DNA of 64,000 nucleotides from assembly GCA_051294375.1 (NCBI GenBank), contig CM119267.1, positions 6,801,529 through 6,865,528 of the forward strand, in the 5' to 3' direction. The DNA is from Paraspadella gotoi (taxonomy: Eukaryota > Animalia > Chaetognatha). Positions 28,201-41,388 of the stretch are shown one piece after another. The notes beneath the pieces were generated by a model, which was not told the origin of the DNA, did not search any database, and saw only the letters and a program-made list of their open reading frames with translations. Within the stretch, counting starts at the first letter, position 1. The number at the start of each line of letters is the position of its first letter. Made by a program: the position numbers and the translations under genes.

Positions 28201-31200
28201 AGAGCGATGCGGGACGTTTGGGCTATACATCTTGAGGGCGAGTGCAGCTGTCTGACCTGACAAATGACACATGGCATCTTGAGACCACTCCCGCAGTTCT
28301 CAGTCAGTACATCATCAACTCGATTATCACTGAGTCAACCTCGTGAGAGACTCAAAACAGAAAAGCCAAGTGACAATCATCTGGTTCCCGAGCGAAAGGC
28401 AGTGCATGTAACTCCTACTATTAGCCTTCATTAACACTGCATGGAATCATTGTTCACGTGAGGGGAACTCTCTCTCAAAATTTAAGAGCGCGAACTTCTC
28501 ATTAGCAACGACTCAAGTATTCTCTCTTCTGTAGTACAATGTATACGCTCAGCTGTCACAGGGCACGGAATTAATACGCCCCTGGAGATGGACGAAAAAA
28601 ACTAATTTTAGTTAAATTTTGACAAAAAAAAAAATACGCAAAACCTACTAACTTTGCCAAAATATATGTTTTTACAGTTTTTATTATTTCTTTCTTTCCC
28701 GGATTTATAACTGCCGCTTTCAGTTTCGAACAAGGATCAACTCAATCAAATCAGCTCACCTAGAGCTCCAGCTCCTCGCGCAAGAGACAACATACTACAC
28801 CTGCCGTCAACGCGAAGCTTATACCGTCCTGTGTCAGTGAAATAGCGTTGTCACGAAAAAAAAAACTGCGCGGATAACTGGAAAATGAATTAATATATAC
28901 GGTGACTAGTATTACGCGAGAGCAAAGAAAGGAAAGGAGAGCAAGATGAGTTGGAAGAGTAAGAAGAGGAAAGGGAAGACTGAAAAAGAAAAAGGTAGAA
29001 TAAAAAAAAGAATACAAAAAAACGAGGAAAATATGACAAAACAAAACGGGTGTGAAAAAAAGGAAGAAGGACGTTGAAAAAATGGCGAGGAAGGCGGAAA
29101 GTATGAAAGAGGCGTAGGAGCACCCCATTTAGGAGGGGAGAAAAGAAAAGACTAAATGAAAAGAGACAATGAAGGAGGAAAAGGAAAGGAAAGAAAAAAA
29201 AGAAAAAAGGAAGAAAAGAAACAAGAAGAATAAAGAAAACGAAGGCAGGGAATGAAGGAAAAGAAAAAAATGCTGCCTCTTTTTTTTTTCAACGAATAAG
29301 TACAGCAAATCGAGAGAGGCACAAACAGTTAGCATTGGTATTATATGTCTTAATATAATATTATTGTATATTATATATATTATTATAATATCATTTGCCT
29401 TAATCCTAATTCATTATGATAGTCTAAAGCTTTTGCGAAAATTGACAGAATATCTTAGGTAAACAGTTATAATACTTGGAAAAATAGTAGATAGATAAAT
29501 AGATAGATATGTGGGAAGAAACTGAGCCCAACCGTTTTTTCAACTCTCACTTACTTTCCTCGTCTCCTCGTCTGGGGGGATGTGGGATGCGATCCCGCGA
29601 CCCTCGTCACCGAGGGTAACGAATCAGCCACAAGCGCCACTTTCGCTGATATTAAAATATGAACAAAGAACTCTTATATTTTAACTCGTCTCATATATAA
29701 TAAAATATATATCAAACAAAAGAACCTTATCAACGTTTAACTACCTCTACTAGTTTAGCAGCAATATCTGCTTTGTATTATCTTGTTGTGTGAAAATCAT
29801 TCACTATTGTCTCTCTCTTACTTGAAACTTCAGCCATCAATTTTATCGTTATCACTTAATTGTAATTCTTGCTTTACATTATGTTAATTGTAAGGTTCTC
29901 CTTTTAACGCCGAACAAAATAAGACTTTGTTCAAGACTGTTTTTACGAAGCTTAAAAGAAGCATCCCTCAACGCTCTCGACATCAAGACGGCCTTCAAGA
30001 AGTTGGCGACCTCGACGCCGATCCCGCATCTTCGAATTACGCGGATCCAGTTGGTCGCCACAGATATATAGATAGATAGATTGATAGATAGATATCTTCA
30101 GATAAACAGAAACAAACATGGATTGACAGACGGAAAGATAAGTTGGTTGAGGAGACGGAAGGAAGGAAGGAAGGAAGGAAGGAAGGAAGGAAGGGAAGAG
30201 GAAAGAGGAGAGAAGAGGGAAGGAAGGAAAGATAGGAAGGAAAGAAGGAGGGAAGGAAAGGAAGGAGGAAGGTAAAGAAGCAGCAAGTCTTCAACGGTTT
30301 CCAGTTGGAGGAGACATTCATCATGAACATCCGGATTATGCNNNNNNNNNNNNNNNNNNNNNNNNNAAGAGGAAGTAGATGGAAGTTCAGCATCTGCAGG
30401 CGGTCCAGGCTTCTCTCTATCTTTCTCTCTCTATCTGCTCTCTCTGAATCGTCTTCTCGGATCTCTCATCTCTTGCTCTCTCTTTTTTGTTCTATTTTAT
30501 GCCGCCATTTATTCCCTATTCCGCGCTTATTTTGCTCAAATACAAAATCCCAAATTTTAGATCCGAGGATTTTCCGTGAAATTTTTTTTATCTAAAAATT
30601 TTGATTTATTCTTTATTATAGCGAGAGTGAAAACTGACCAGCAGAGTCCTTCGATCACACTTCTTTCTACTGTCTACTGCTCCTCCTCACCGTTGCTTGA
30701 GCGTCTCTCTTCTTCGTCTTCTCTCCTCTTTCTCTCTTCTTCCCTCATCTCATCTCTCATTACCACGCGCATTTGTTTTGGTTTTTATTTTACGATGAAT
30801 GACGTGCACTTGCGCGTCAATGATGACTATCATCGCATGCATGAATGGATTATCTGCATTATCAAATGAAATGATTTCTATCTACACATCAAGTGAATGA
30901 CTATCATCGCGCATGCAATCATTTGAATTATCATCACATCAGTTACTTTTATTATCATCGCATCAATTAATCTGTTATCATCTGCATCAATATTTTAGTG
31001 TATCCATCGTCATATTAATATTTGGTTACGGCAGTCGGAAAGACTGGCCTCGATCGCCGTATTGCTTTAAGATTTTTTTTCCGCTAATAAATTCTTGTAT
31101 TGTCGTTTCGTTGCCGGAAAACTATCTATCGCATTCAAGATGAATGATCTATCATCATGGCTTGATCCTTCATATGCTTTTTAAGATTTTTGTAGTTAGA

Positions 31201-34200
31201 GTGTGATGTTGTTAAGACAAATTTGTGGATATGAAGATGGGTTAAGTGTTACAGCCGGTCATGACAAGGACACGACCGCTGGCCGTGGGACTACGAAGAG
31301 TTAAGTATCTGTGGCTGCTGGCCGTACGTCGCCCGTTTCTCGCGAAGGAAATTGGTATCGAAGTGTGAAGAGAATCTCGCCGATTGATTTTTACACGTTG
31401 GAACGGTTCGCGAGAGAGGAGAAATGAGGCCTCTCGAAGACCCGGACGTTAAAAGATCGCTTTAACTCCCAGCAGCGTTGGAAAAGTGTTTAAGTTTAAA
31501 GTCCATTTGTAATCTCGTTTTTAAATTTCATTTTTTAATGCTCCAGCGTTTTAACCTTTTTATGCGTCGAAATTAATTCTATTAATTTATCCACCGTTTT
31601 TAATAAAACTCAAACTTTTATCTCCGTTCTTCGTCTGCCAATTGTTGATTAAGATAAGACTACGCAACCATTCCAAATTCTTTAGCAGTCCCTTATAATG
31701 AAACGCAAAGTCATGAACGAAAAGTACAGGGCAAATCGAGACGAGGCACAACAGTTAGCATTGGTATTTATATGTCTTAATATAATATTATTGTATATTA
31801 TTATATATTATACTATAATAACATTTGCCTTAAATCCTAATTTCATAGAATAGTCTACAAGCTTTTGCAAAATTGACCAGAAATATTAGAGTAAGACAGT
31901 TATAATACTTGGAAAATAAATAGTAGATAAATAATATAGATAGTATATGTGGGAAGAAAACTGAGGCCCAAACCGTTTTTTCAACTCTCTAACTTACTTC
32001 CTGCGTCCTCTCCGTCTGGGGGGATGTGCGTGGATGCAGACGACAGCCGCGACCTCCGTCCCGAGGGTAAAAGCGAATCAGTCGCAAAGCGGCCACTTTC
32101 GCTGATATTAAAGATATGAACAAAAGAAACTCTATACTTTTAACCTCGTCTCATATTAAATGAAAATATATATCAAACAAATAGAATATCGTTTAACACC
32201 TCTACGGTTTATGAGCATATGCCTTGCTTTTGGAATATTGTTGTTATCTTCGTTGTGTGAAATCATTCCAGCTTTATTGTCTCTCTTACTTGAAAACTTC
32301 AGCTCATGCAATTTTAAGTCGTTTATCACTTAATTTAATTCTTGCTGTACATTATGTTAATTGTAATGGTTCCTTTTTAAGCGCCGACAAAATAAGAGAC
32401 TTTGGTTCAAGACTGTTTTACGAAGCTTAAAAGAAGCATCCGTCAACGCTCTCACGACATCGAAGAAGGCCTTCAAGAAAGTTGGCCGACCTCGACGCCG
32501 ATCCCGCATCTTCGAAATTACGCGAATCTCAGTTGGTCGCGCAAGCAGATAATATAGATAGATTAGATTGAATAAGATAGAATATCTTTTTCACAGATAA
32601 CAGAACATAAACATGGGATTGACAGGAACGAAAGATAAAGATTGTTTGAGGAGACTGAAGGAAGGAAAGGTGAAGGAAAGAAGAAGGAAGGTAGGAAGAG
32701 AAGAAGGAGAAGAGGAGAGAAGGAAGGAAGGAAGGAAGGAAGGAAGGAAAGAAGGAGGGAAGGAAGGAAGGAAGGAAGGAAAGAAGGAGCAAGTCTTCAC
32801 GGTTTCCAGTTGGAAGAAAATCATCATAACCATGATTATGCAGGACCTCGGGCTGCGATCATTATTCGAATAGAGAAAGAGGATGACAAAGAAGAGAAAA
32901 ACAAAAAGGAACGACGACGACGACGACGACGACGAAACTGAGAAGAGAATCGATACCGGCGACAACATTAAACGAAATCGGGTTCTTAAAGTTAAACAAG
33001 AACAAATTAAAATATAGAAAAGCACGATAACTACAACAATAACAAAGAGGAAGTAGATGGAAGTTCAGCATCTGCAGGCGGTCCAGGCTTCTCTCTATCT
33101 TTCTCTCTCTATCTGCTCTCTCTGAATCGTCTTCTCGGATCTCTCATCTCTTGCTCTCTCTTTTTTGTTCTATTTTATGCCGCCATTTATTTCCGCGCTT
33201 TTTTGCTCAAGTACAAAATCCAAAATTTAGATCCGAGATTTTTCCGTGAAATTTTTTTCTAGAAAATTTTGATTTATTCTTTATTATACGAGAGTGAAAA
33301 CTGACTTCCAGCAAGTCCTTCTCACACTTCTTTCTATCTCTCTCTGTCTCCTCCTCACCGTGGTGAGGTCTCTCTTCTTCTCTCTCTCTCGTCTCTCTCT
33401 TTCAATTCAATTACAGTCGCATTTGGTTTGTTTTATTTTACGATGAATGACTCATTGCGCGTCAATGATATGACTATCGATCGCATCAATGAATGGGATT
33501 ATATGCATTATCAAATGAATGATTATCTATCTTACAAATCAATGAATACTATCATCGCCATGCAATCATTTGAATTATCATCAAACATCAGTTATTTTAT
33601 TATCATCGCATTCAAATTAATTGGTTATCATCTGCATCAATATTTAGTTTTATCCATCGTTCATTTAATATTTGGTTACCAGTCGGAAAGCTGGCTCGAT
33701 CCCGTATTGCTTTTATAGATTTTTTTTCCCTAATAAATTCTTGATTGCGTTTCGTTGGCGGGAAATACTATCAGTGCGCATATCAATGAATGTAACTATC
33801 ATCATGGCTTGATCCTTATGCTTTTAAGTATTTTTTGTATTAGGTTGATGTTGTTGAAGACAAATTTGGTGGATTATGAAATGGGTTAGTGTTACCGCCG
33901 GTCAATGACAAGACACGACCGTGGCCGTGGGACACGAATGAGTTTAATATCTGTGGCTGCTGGCCTTCGTCGCCGTTTCTCGGCGAAGAATTGATCGAAT
34001 GTGAAAGAAGATATCTGCGATTGTTATTTTAACGTTGAGAAGTCGCGAGAGATGAGTAAATGAGAGCCTCGTCGAAAGACCCAGGACGTTATAACGCTTT
34101 TAACTCCAGCAGCGTTGGAAAAAGTGTTTAAGTTTAAAGTCCATTTTAATCTCGTTTTTTAAATTTCATTTTTTAATGCTCCCACGTTTTTAAACCTTTT

Positions 34201-35900
34201 ATCGGTCGAAATTAATTCTCATTAATTGCATCGCACCGTTTTTAAATAAAATCTCAAACTTTTATCTTCCGTTCTTCGTCTCGCTAATTTGTTGATAAGT
34301 AAGCTTACGCAACCAGTTCCAAATTCTTTAAGCGGTCCCTTATAATGAAAACCAAAAGTCATGTAATCGAATAAGTACAGGCAAAGTCGAGAGAGGCACA
34401 AACAGTTAGCATTGGTATTATATGTCTTAATATAGATATTATTGTATATTATTTATATATTATTATAATATACATTTGCCTTGAATCCTAATTTCATTAT
34501 GATAGTCTAAAGCTTTTGCAAAAATTGACAGAATATTCTTAGGTAACAGTTATATATACTGTGGAAAATATAGTAGATAGAATAATATTAGATAGTATAT
34601 GTGGGAAGAAACTGAGGCCCAAAGCCGTTTTTCAACTCTCTAACGTTACGTTCCTGCGTCCTCCTCGTGCTGGGGGGATGTGGGGATGCGATCCCCGCGA
34701 CCTCCGTCCCGAGGGTAAAACGATCAGCCACAAGCGGCCACTTTCGCTGATATTAAAGATAATGATACAAAAGAACTCTATACTTTAATCTCGTCTCATA
34801 TTAAATAAAATATATATCAAACAAATAGAACCTTATGCAACGTTTAACTACCTCGTACTAGGTTTATGCAGCGAATATCCTTGCTTTTGTATTTAATCTT
34901 GTTGTGTGAAAATCATTCCACTTTATTGTCTCTCTCTACTTTGAAAACTTCAGCTCATTAGCAATTTTAATCGTTATCACTTAATTGGTAATTCTTGCGT
35001 TTACATGTATGTTAATTGTAAGGTTCTCTTTTTAACGCCGACAAAATAAGAACTTTGTTTCAAGACTGTTTTAGCGAAGCTTAAAGAGAAGCATCCCTCA
35101 ATCGCTCTCGACATCGTAAGACGGCCCTTTCCAAGAAAGTTGGCGACCTCGACGCCGATCCCGCATCTTCGAAATTACGCGGATCCAGTTGGTCGCCCAA
35201 GCAGATATATAGATAGATTAGATTGAATAGATAGATATCTTTTTCAAGATAAACAGAACAAACATGGATTGACAGGACGGAAAGATTAAAGTTTGTTTGA
35301 GGAGACGGAAGGAAGGAAGGAAGGAAGGAAGTGAAGGTAGGAAGAAAGAAGGAGAGAAGGAGGGAATGGAAGGAAGGAAGGAAGGAAGGAAGGAAAGGAA
35401 GAAGGAAGGTAAGGAAGGAGGAAGGAGAGAAAGGAGGGAAGGAAGAAAAGGAAGGAAAAGAGGAAGGGAAGGAAGGGAAGGAAGGAAGAAAAGAAGGAGG
35501 CAAGTCTTGTCTACGGTTTGTCCAGTTGGAAGAAAGATCAATCATAACCATGAGTTATTGTCAGTGACCTCGGGCCTGGCGAATCAGATTATTCGATATA
35601 GAGAAATGAGTGATGACAAAGAAGAAGAATAAACTAAAAGGAACTGACGACGACGACGACGACGACGAAACTAGAAGAGAATCGATACTTCGGCGACAAC
35701 TATTAAACGATAATCGGGTTCTTAAAGTTAAACAAGAACAAATTAATAAATATAGAAAAGCTACGATGGATAATCTGTATCAACAATTAACAATCAAACG
35801 GACGAACGATAACAACTTCGGTGATGACTTCCTGAATTTGAATGGAAGTACGATAACAGAATCGAAAGGGAAATCATAAGAAGAGAAGAAGAGAGAGAGA
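21705..35900 (+). repeat. ~2.7-kb unit present at 21705-24330, 29291-30341 (partial), 30367-33045 and 33045-35900
   Basis: Shared landmarks: catcgcatcaatgaatga array, agagaggcacaaacagttagc, gaagcatccctcaacgctctcgacatc, (GAAG)n, aaagttaaacaagaac. Confidence 0.9.
22060..22385 (+). repeat. ~21-22-bp minisatellite (catcgcatcaatgaatgactat-like)
   Basis: About ten degenerate copies immediately upstream of the HINE-like 3' subTIR. Confidence 0.85.
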
Positions 35901-36227
35901 GAGAGAGAGAGAGAGATGAGATGAGAAGATGAGAGAGATGAGAGAGAGAGATGAGGAGTCGTTTGAATGGGATGAAAAAGAATGGGAGGCACGACGGAGG
36001 ATCAAGGGGGAAAATGATGAAGAGGAGTAGANNNNNNNNNNNNNNNNNNNNNNNNNGAGGAGGAGGAGGAGGAGGAGGCGGAGTCGAAATCCATCATTTT
36101 TTTTCATTTTATGAAGAAGTTTTCGTCTCTCGAGTAAAGATTATCTTTTTTTTTATTTCTTCATTTGAAAATCATCGAAAAACATGCAAACGTAAAAAGG
36201 AAGGTTGAGATAATTTTTTTTCGGAGC

Positions 36228-36281
<54 letters not shown>

Positions 36282-37785
36282 TTCTCTTTCTCTATCTCTC
36301 TCCTTTTTTTCATGACTATTAATTCAAGATATTAGTTCTCCCATATTTTTTTGTTCATGACTAATTGACTCTACACGGATTTCAAATGAGAGTGAAATGA
36401 AACCATTTGTTATTTCTCTTAACTGACCCAACATGATTCATATTTGATCTTTTTATTAGTTAAAAAATTCCCTTACGTTTTTGTTCCTATATAGTCAATT
36501 GATAATACTTTACATCTTAACCACTGGTGCGCCTGCCTTTCAGCAGCTTTTTTTGCAACATTTCTCCCCTCTTATTTGATAGTTCTATTTTAAACTCATT
36601 ATGAAAAAAATATTTTTTTTTACATTGATTAGTTAGTATGTCTTGGGAGCAAGTAAAAAAATTCTTATTAATAAATTTTAAGGTTTAGTGACTAGTAAGT
36701 TAACAGACGGTTGCCAGATCCTTGTTCTTTTCCAATTTCTTTTTCAACGCAGAAATTTTTATTTTCTAAAATAACTATAAAATAAAAATGGCTGTCATTG
36801 TGGTTGTGAAAAAGCTGATTGCTCAGGTTTATACTACAATGTTGTCTATATCTGTAAGATGAACTAAAATTTGTCAAAATTTCATTTTTCCTATAAAAAT
36901 ATATATTATAACAGGAAGGTCTTATTCAAATGAAAAAAAATTCTTTTTTTGAAATTCGAACATGCCATTGATGAGCACATAACTAAGAAAGTAAGCAAGC
37001 TGGACAATTGGGAGTTGGAAAATAAAAAACGTCAGCGATTTTCTTAACGGGGTGCAAAATTTAAAGTTGCTATAACAAATTATTTAGCCACAGTATTTGA
37101 TCTTTTCATTTCACTCCCATTTGAAATCCGTTTAATATACTAACAACTCAATGGATTTTAAATGTGTTTGAATCGCATTTTTAGCATAAAATCTCTCTCT
37201 CTCTCTCTCTCTTCTCTCCTCAGTCTCTCTTCTCGCGTCTCTCTCCTCTCCTCTCTCTCTTCTCTTTCTTCTCTATCAGCCCCCTTTCACACCCGCCTAT
37301 CTTCTTCCCAATCCTCACTGTCCATCTCTGTCTTTCTCATCAGCGCGCCATTTTCTCCGGTTGAAGGAAATATAAAAGAAAAAAAGGAAGATTTTTTGTT
37401 TCTCTCCCAATTCATCTTGATTCCTCCTCGCGTAGTGATTCTGATTAATTTCCGGTCGACGTCGTCGTCGTCGTCGTCGTCGTCGNNNNNNNNNNNNNNN
37501 NNNNNNNNNNNNNNNNNNNNNNNNNNNNNNNNNNNNNNNNNNNNNNNNNNNNNNNNNNNNNNNNNNNNNNNNNNNNNNNNNNNNNNNNNNNNNNNNNNNN
37601 NNNNNNNNNNNNNNNNNNNNNNNNNNNNNNNNNNNNNNNNNNNNNNNNNNNNNNNNNNNNNNNNNNNNNNNNNNNNNNNNNNNNNNNNNNNNNNNNNNNN
37701 NNNNNNNNNNNNNNNNNNNNNNNNNNNNNNNNNNNNNNNNNNNNNNNNNNNNNNNNNNNNNNNNNNNNNNNNNNNNNNNNNNNNN

Positions 37786-37819
<34 letters not shown>

Positions 37820-38587
37820 CTCACCCATATGCAAGATCGAATTGCGATTCTCGATTACAGCAATAACATTTTTTTTCTGCGAATTCAGTAAAGAAATTAT
37901 ATTTTTCAAATTCTCAAATTTAATCATAATATTTTTATCCTCTTTCTCTCATTAGGTTATTTACTGGTAAATTTTATTTTCTTGCTTAAGTAGTCTCAAG
38001 TTGGGATATCATTTACACCGTTCACTGATAAAAACGGGGCAATCCGTTAATCCGTTAATTGTCAGATAAAACTTGGATTAATATCCCAATCGTAATTAAA
38101 TTTAAACGCTCATCCCTGTTACCTTTAAATAAAGTGAACGGTTTTCAACTTTTCACATTTGACCTTCTCTGCCTCTCTCGCTAATAATATAAACCGAAGT
38201 TTGTTCTCTCTTTTTTTCTCCCTTTTCCTACCCTCCTTCCCTTTTTTTCGCTTCTCCTCTCCCTTCCTTTTCTCCTCATTCTCTTCTTTTTTTTCTCCCT
38301 TCCCTTTCCTTTCATCCCTTCTAACCCTTTCCCCTCATCGCGGAAGAGATTTTTCCACGCGCGACACTTCCTCTCTTGATAAAGAAGGAAAAAAAAAGGA
38401 GAAAAAAAAAGAAAGAAAAAAAATAAAGAAAGAAGGGAGGGCTTAAATCGGAAAACAAAAAACAGAAAACAAAAACAAAACTCCCGAGTTTGTATCGTCG
38501 GAGCCAATAAAGGCGGCGAGCCGAGAGAAGTGGGGGGGAAATGCTAATAAAGAAAACACAGCCGGTAGGAGAGCGTGAGAGAGAGAT

Positions 38588-38618
<31 letters not shown>

Positions 38619-39421
38619 AGAGAGAGAGGAGAGAGAAGAGAGAGAGAGAGATGTTTGAAATCGCGTCGGACGTCGGAAAGCAGATAAAACAAATCGACGC
38701 TTGACGTCTTTTTCCCAGCGAAGACTCAGGCAAATGAATAGCAGTTCGAAAGTGGGGATTCGGGGGAAGAGATATGCGCGGATAACGAGAGGGAAGTGGG
38801 GATTAGATGAGGGGGGGAATGTGGGGATAAGAGAAGGGAATTGGAGATTATATAGAGGTAAACTGGAGATCATAGGACGCAGAGGGGATTTTGTATATTA
38901 GGGGGATAGGCAAGAGGGGATTAGAGAGGGGACGTTTGGGAATTGGGGATCATAAAATGCATTTGAGAAAGCATTTTATATGTAACGTGGGGATCAAAAA
39001 GAAAAGTGACATTCGGCCGCGAAAGAGTGCATTAACCATAAAGTTCATTAACTATGATCATTGCGGGACTTTTAAAATTAATGAGGGATCCATTAGCAAC
39101 GATAAGATTTTTATTTTAGAAAGACGAAACCGGCGAAACCCCGAGGACGAAAAACTAATTTAAATTTTGACAAAAAAAAAAAGAAAACAACTTCAAATAT
39201 GTTTTAGAGTTTTTTTTATTATTTTTTTCTCTTTCCGATTTATTTACTGCGCTTTTCAGGTTTTCGAACAAGATCAATCAATCAATCAGTCACCTGAGAT
39301 TAAAGCGTCGGCGACAACAACAACGACAACAGACGCGAGCTACATTTTGTCAGTGAAATAAGCGTTGATCACGAAAGTGTGGGATTTATAAATGATCGAC
39401 GCATGAGGCAAAGGATGATTG

Positions 39422-39454
<33 letters not shown>

Positions 39455-39830
39455 CAGTCGACCAAGTATTCGGTGACTGTAGCGGCGGAGAAGAAGGGGA
39501 GGAAAGGAAAGGAGGAAGATGAGTTGGAAGAGTAAGAAGAGAAAGGAAGACTGAAAAGAAATAGGGTAGAATAAAAAAGATACAAAAAAAGAGGAAAATA
39601 TGACAAAACAAGAGGGTGTGAAAAAGAAGGAAGAAGACGTGAAAAAATGGCGGAGGAAGGCGGAGTATGAAACGAGGTAGGAGGGGAGAAAAGAAAAGAT
39701 AAAATGAAAGAGACAATGAAGGAGGAAAGGAAGGAAAGAAAAAAAAGAAAAAAGGAGGAAAGAACAAAAGAATAAAGAAAACGAAGGAGGAATGAAGGAA
39801 AGAAAAAAGAAAAGAAAAAAGGCGAGGAAA
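24990..39830 (+). repeat. ~4-kb near-duplicate: 24990-29275 versus 36057-39830
   Basis: Colinear from ggcggagtcgaaatccatc through aattcaaagatattagttctccc and ctcacccatat to the GA-rich block. Confidence 0.88.
37486..37785. other. Assembly gap, 300 N, between (GTC)n and (AG)n tracts (another gap of 165 N at 63128-63292)
   Basis: Counted N runs; the duplicate copy at ~26550-26955 appears to span this gap. Confidence 0.95.
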
Positions 39831-40135
39831 GGAAAGAAGCGATGACGAAGAAAGAAATAAAAGGGGGGAAAAACAACATTTTTTCTCGAGAGGAGATGAA
39901 GATCGAAAGGTGCAAAAGAAAAGCGGGCGATGGGGACGGAGCTGGGTGAGGGCAATGTGAGGGTGGGTATTGGGTAAGGCTAGCCCCGGGAAAATCTTCG
40001 CGGGTCAATTGACCTCTTGACCTGGACGAGGAAAACGAAACTGTCCCGTTCCAAAAAACCCGTCGAGTCCCGTTGCCAAACAAAGATGAGAAGCGAACGG
40101 CGAAGTCTCGGTTTATGGCGTCGACCGCCCGACGA

Positions 40136-40362
40136 AAAGGCTTTGCTTGAGATGGGCTAGGGCGGAGTGCTCGGTCGGAGAACCTTGCCCGAAGTTTGTG
40201 GCTTTGAAAGGACTCAGGCGAAGGTCGGAGGGCGAATGGCGGAGGGCGGAAGGCCAAAGGCGGAGGGCGGAGGGCGGATGGCGGAGGGCGGAGTGCTCGG
40301 TCGGAGAACCTTGCCCAAAATTTGAGGCTTTGAGAGGACGCTGCCGGAAAGGCTTTGCTTGC
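40136..40362 (+). repeat. GC-rich composite repeat: duplicated ggcggagtgctcggtcggagaaccttgccc block with an intervening 7-bp GGCGGAG array
   Basis: Block at ~40161 and ~40287; aaaggctttgcttg at both ends. Confidence 0.8.
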
Positions 40363-40959
40363 GATGAGCTCGGTCTGAGATCTTTGCCTCAATACGATTT
40401 CGCTGGAGAAAGTCGCAATTCTCATTTGCCGAAAATATTCTCCCGTCAATGTTGGAAAAATCAGTGTCGCTGAAAAATCGCGCGATAAAGTAATACTCGA
40501 CAATGAAGAGAGAGAGATAATGCTTTTTTTTAAATGTACGATCGAAGATCTTATTGGGAAATTGCATCCCCCAGCACCCCCACCCAATCGACCTGAACAA
40601 GCAACCAGGCGGTCATGAAAGTGTCTGGCCTGACCACGTTTCTTTTTTTTTAAATAGAGAGAAACAGGCGACCCGTGGAAAAAGTTAGCAGGTGGAAGGT
40701 AAAGAGCAACGCGAGTTGCAATTAAAGTGAGAAATGGGAGCCGAGGTTTTTTATTTTCTTTTTTTTTTGCGTCGCTAACGAGGATTTGATAGTTTTGGGA
40801 TTGAACGACGCCGTCTGTTGTTGTTTGGTTGTTGTTGTCGTTGATCTGGATGAATTTACGCATCATTTCTGCTTTCATCATCGCTGGAAAAAAAAAGGAT
40901 GACGAGGGAAACGTTATACATTTATTATTTTTTTGTGCGACGTCTAATTTGTCCGTCTG

Positions 40960-40996
<37 letters not shown>

Positions 40997-41048
40997 TTTT
41001 TTCTTTCTTTCTTTCTTTTTTCTTTCTTTCTTTCTTTCTTTCTTTCTA

Positions 41049-41080
<32 letters not shown>

Positions 41081-41084
41081 TCTA

Positions 41085-41130
<46 letters not shown>
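40960..41130. repeat. Compound (TTTC)n-(TATC)n microsatellite, LTR insertion site
   Basis: Directly visible; (TATC)n resumes at 43589. Confidence 0.95.
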
Positions 41131-41388
41131 GGAGACGTTTTAGGTCACGGACCGGTCATGTCTCTGGCCACCGTAGGTACCGGTGGTTGTTTAGCCACTG
41201 ACCTTTGCGCTCGAGGACACTTGGGCCGACTTTTTTGGCTTTAAAAGCGGACAGCTCACCATGGTAGACACCAACTCGAAATACTGTTCCGTTCCACCGT
41301 ATTACTGTTAATTTTAACTCCTTGTACATTGTATTAAATGTATCCCGTTTTAAACTGTCTCTTATCTTAATTATTCACGTCTCCAATA
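41128..41388 (+). repeat. 5' LTR
   Basis: Aligns end to end with 43330-43588 (ggtcatgtctctggccaccgt...aaaagcggacagctcac...cttaattattcac). Confidence 0.8.

Noticed and set aside
39340-40881. 513-aa minus-strand ORF
   Set aside because: Built from pyrimidine-rich low-complexity DNA and the GGCGGAG repeat; F/S/L-biased with no recognisable domain.
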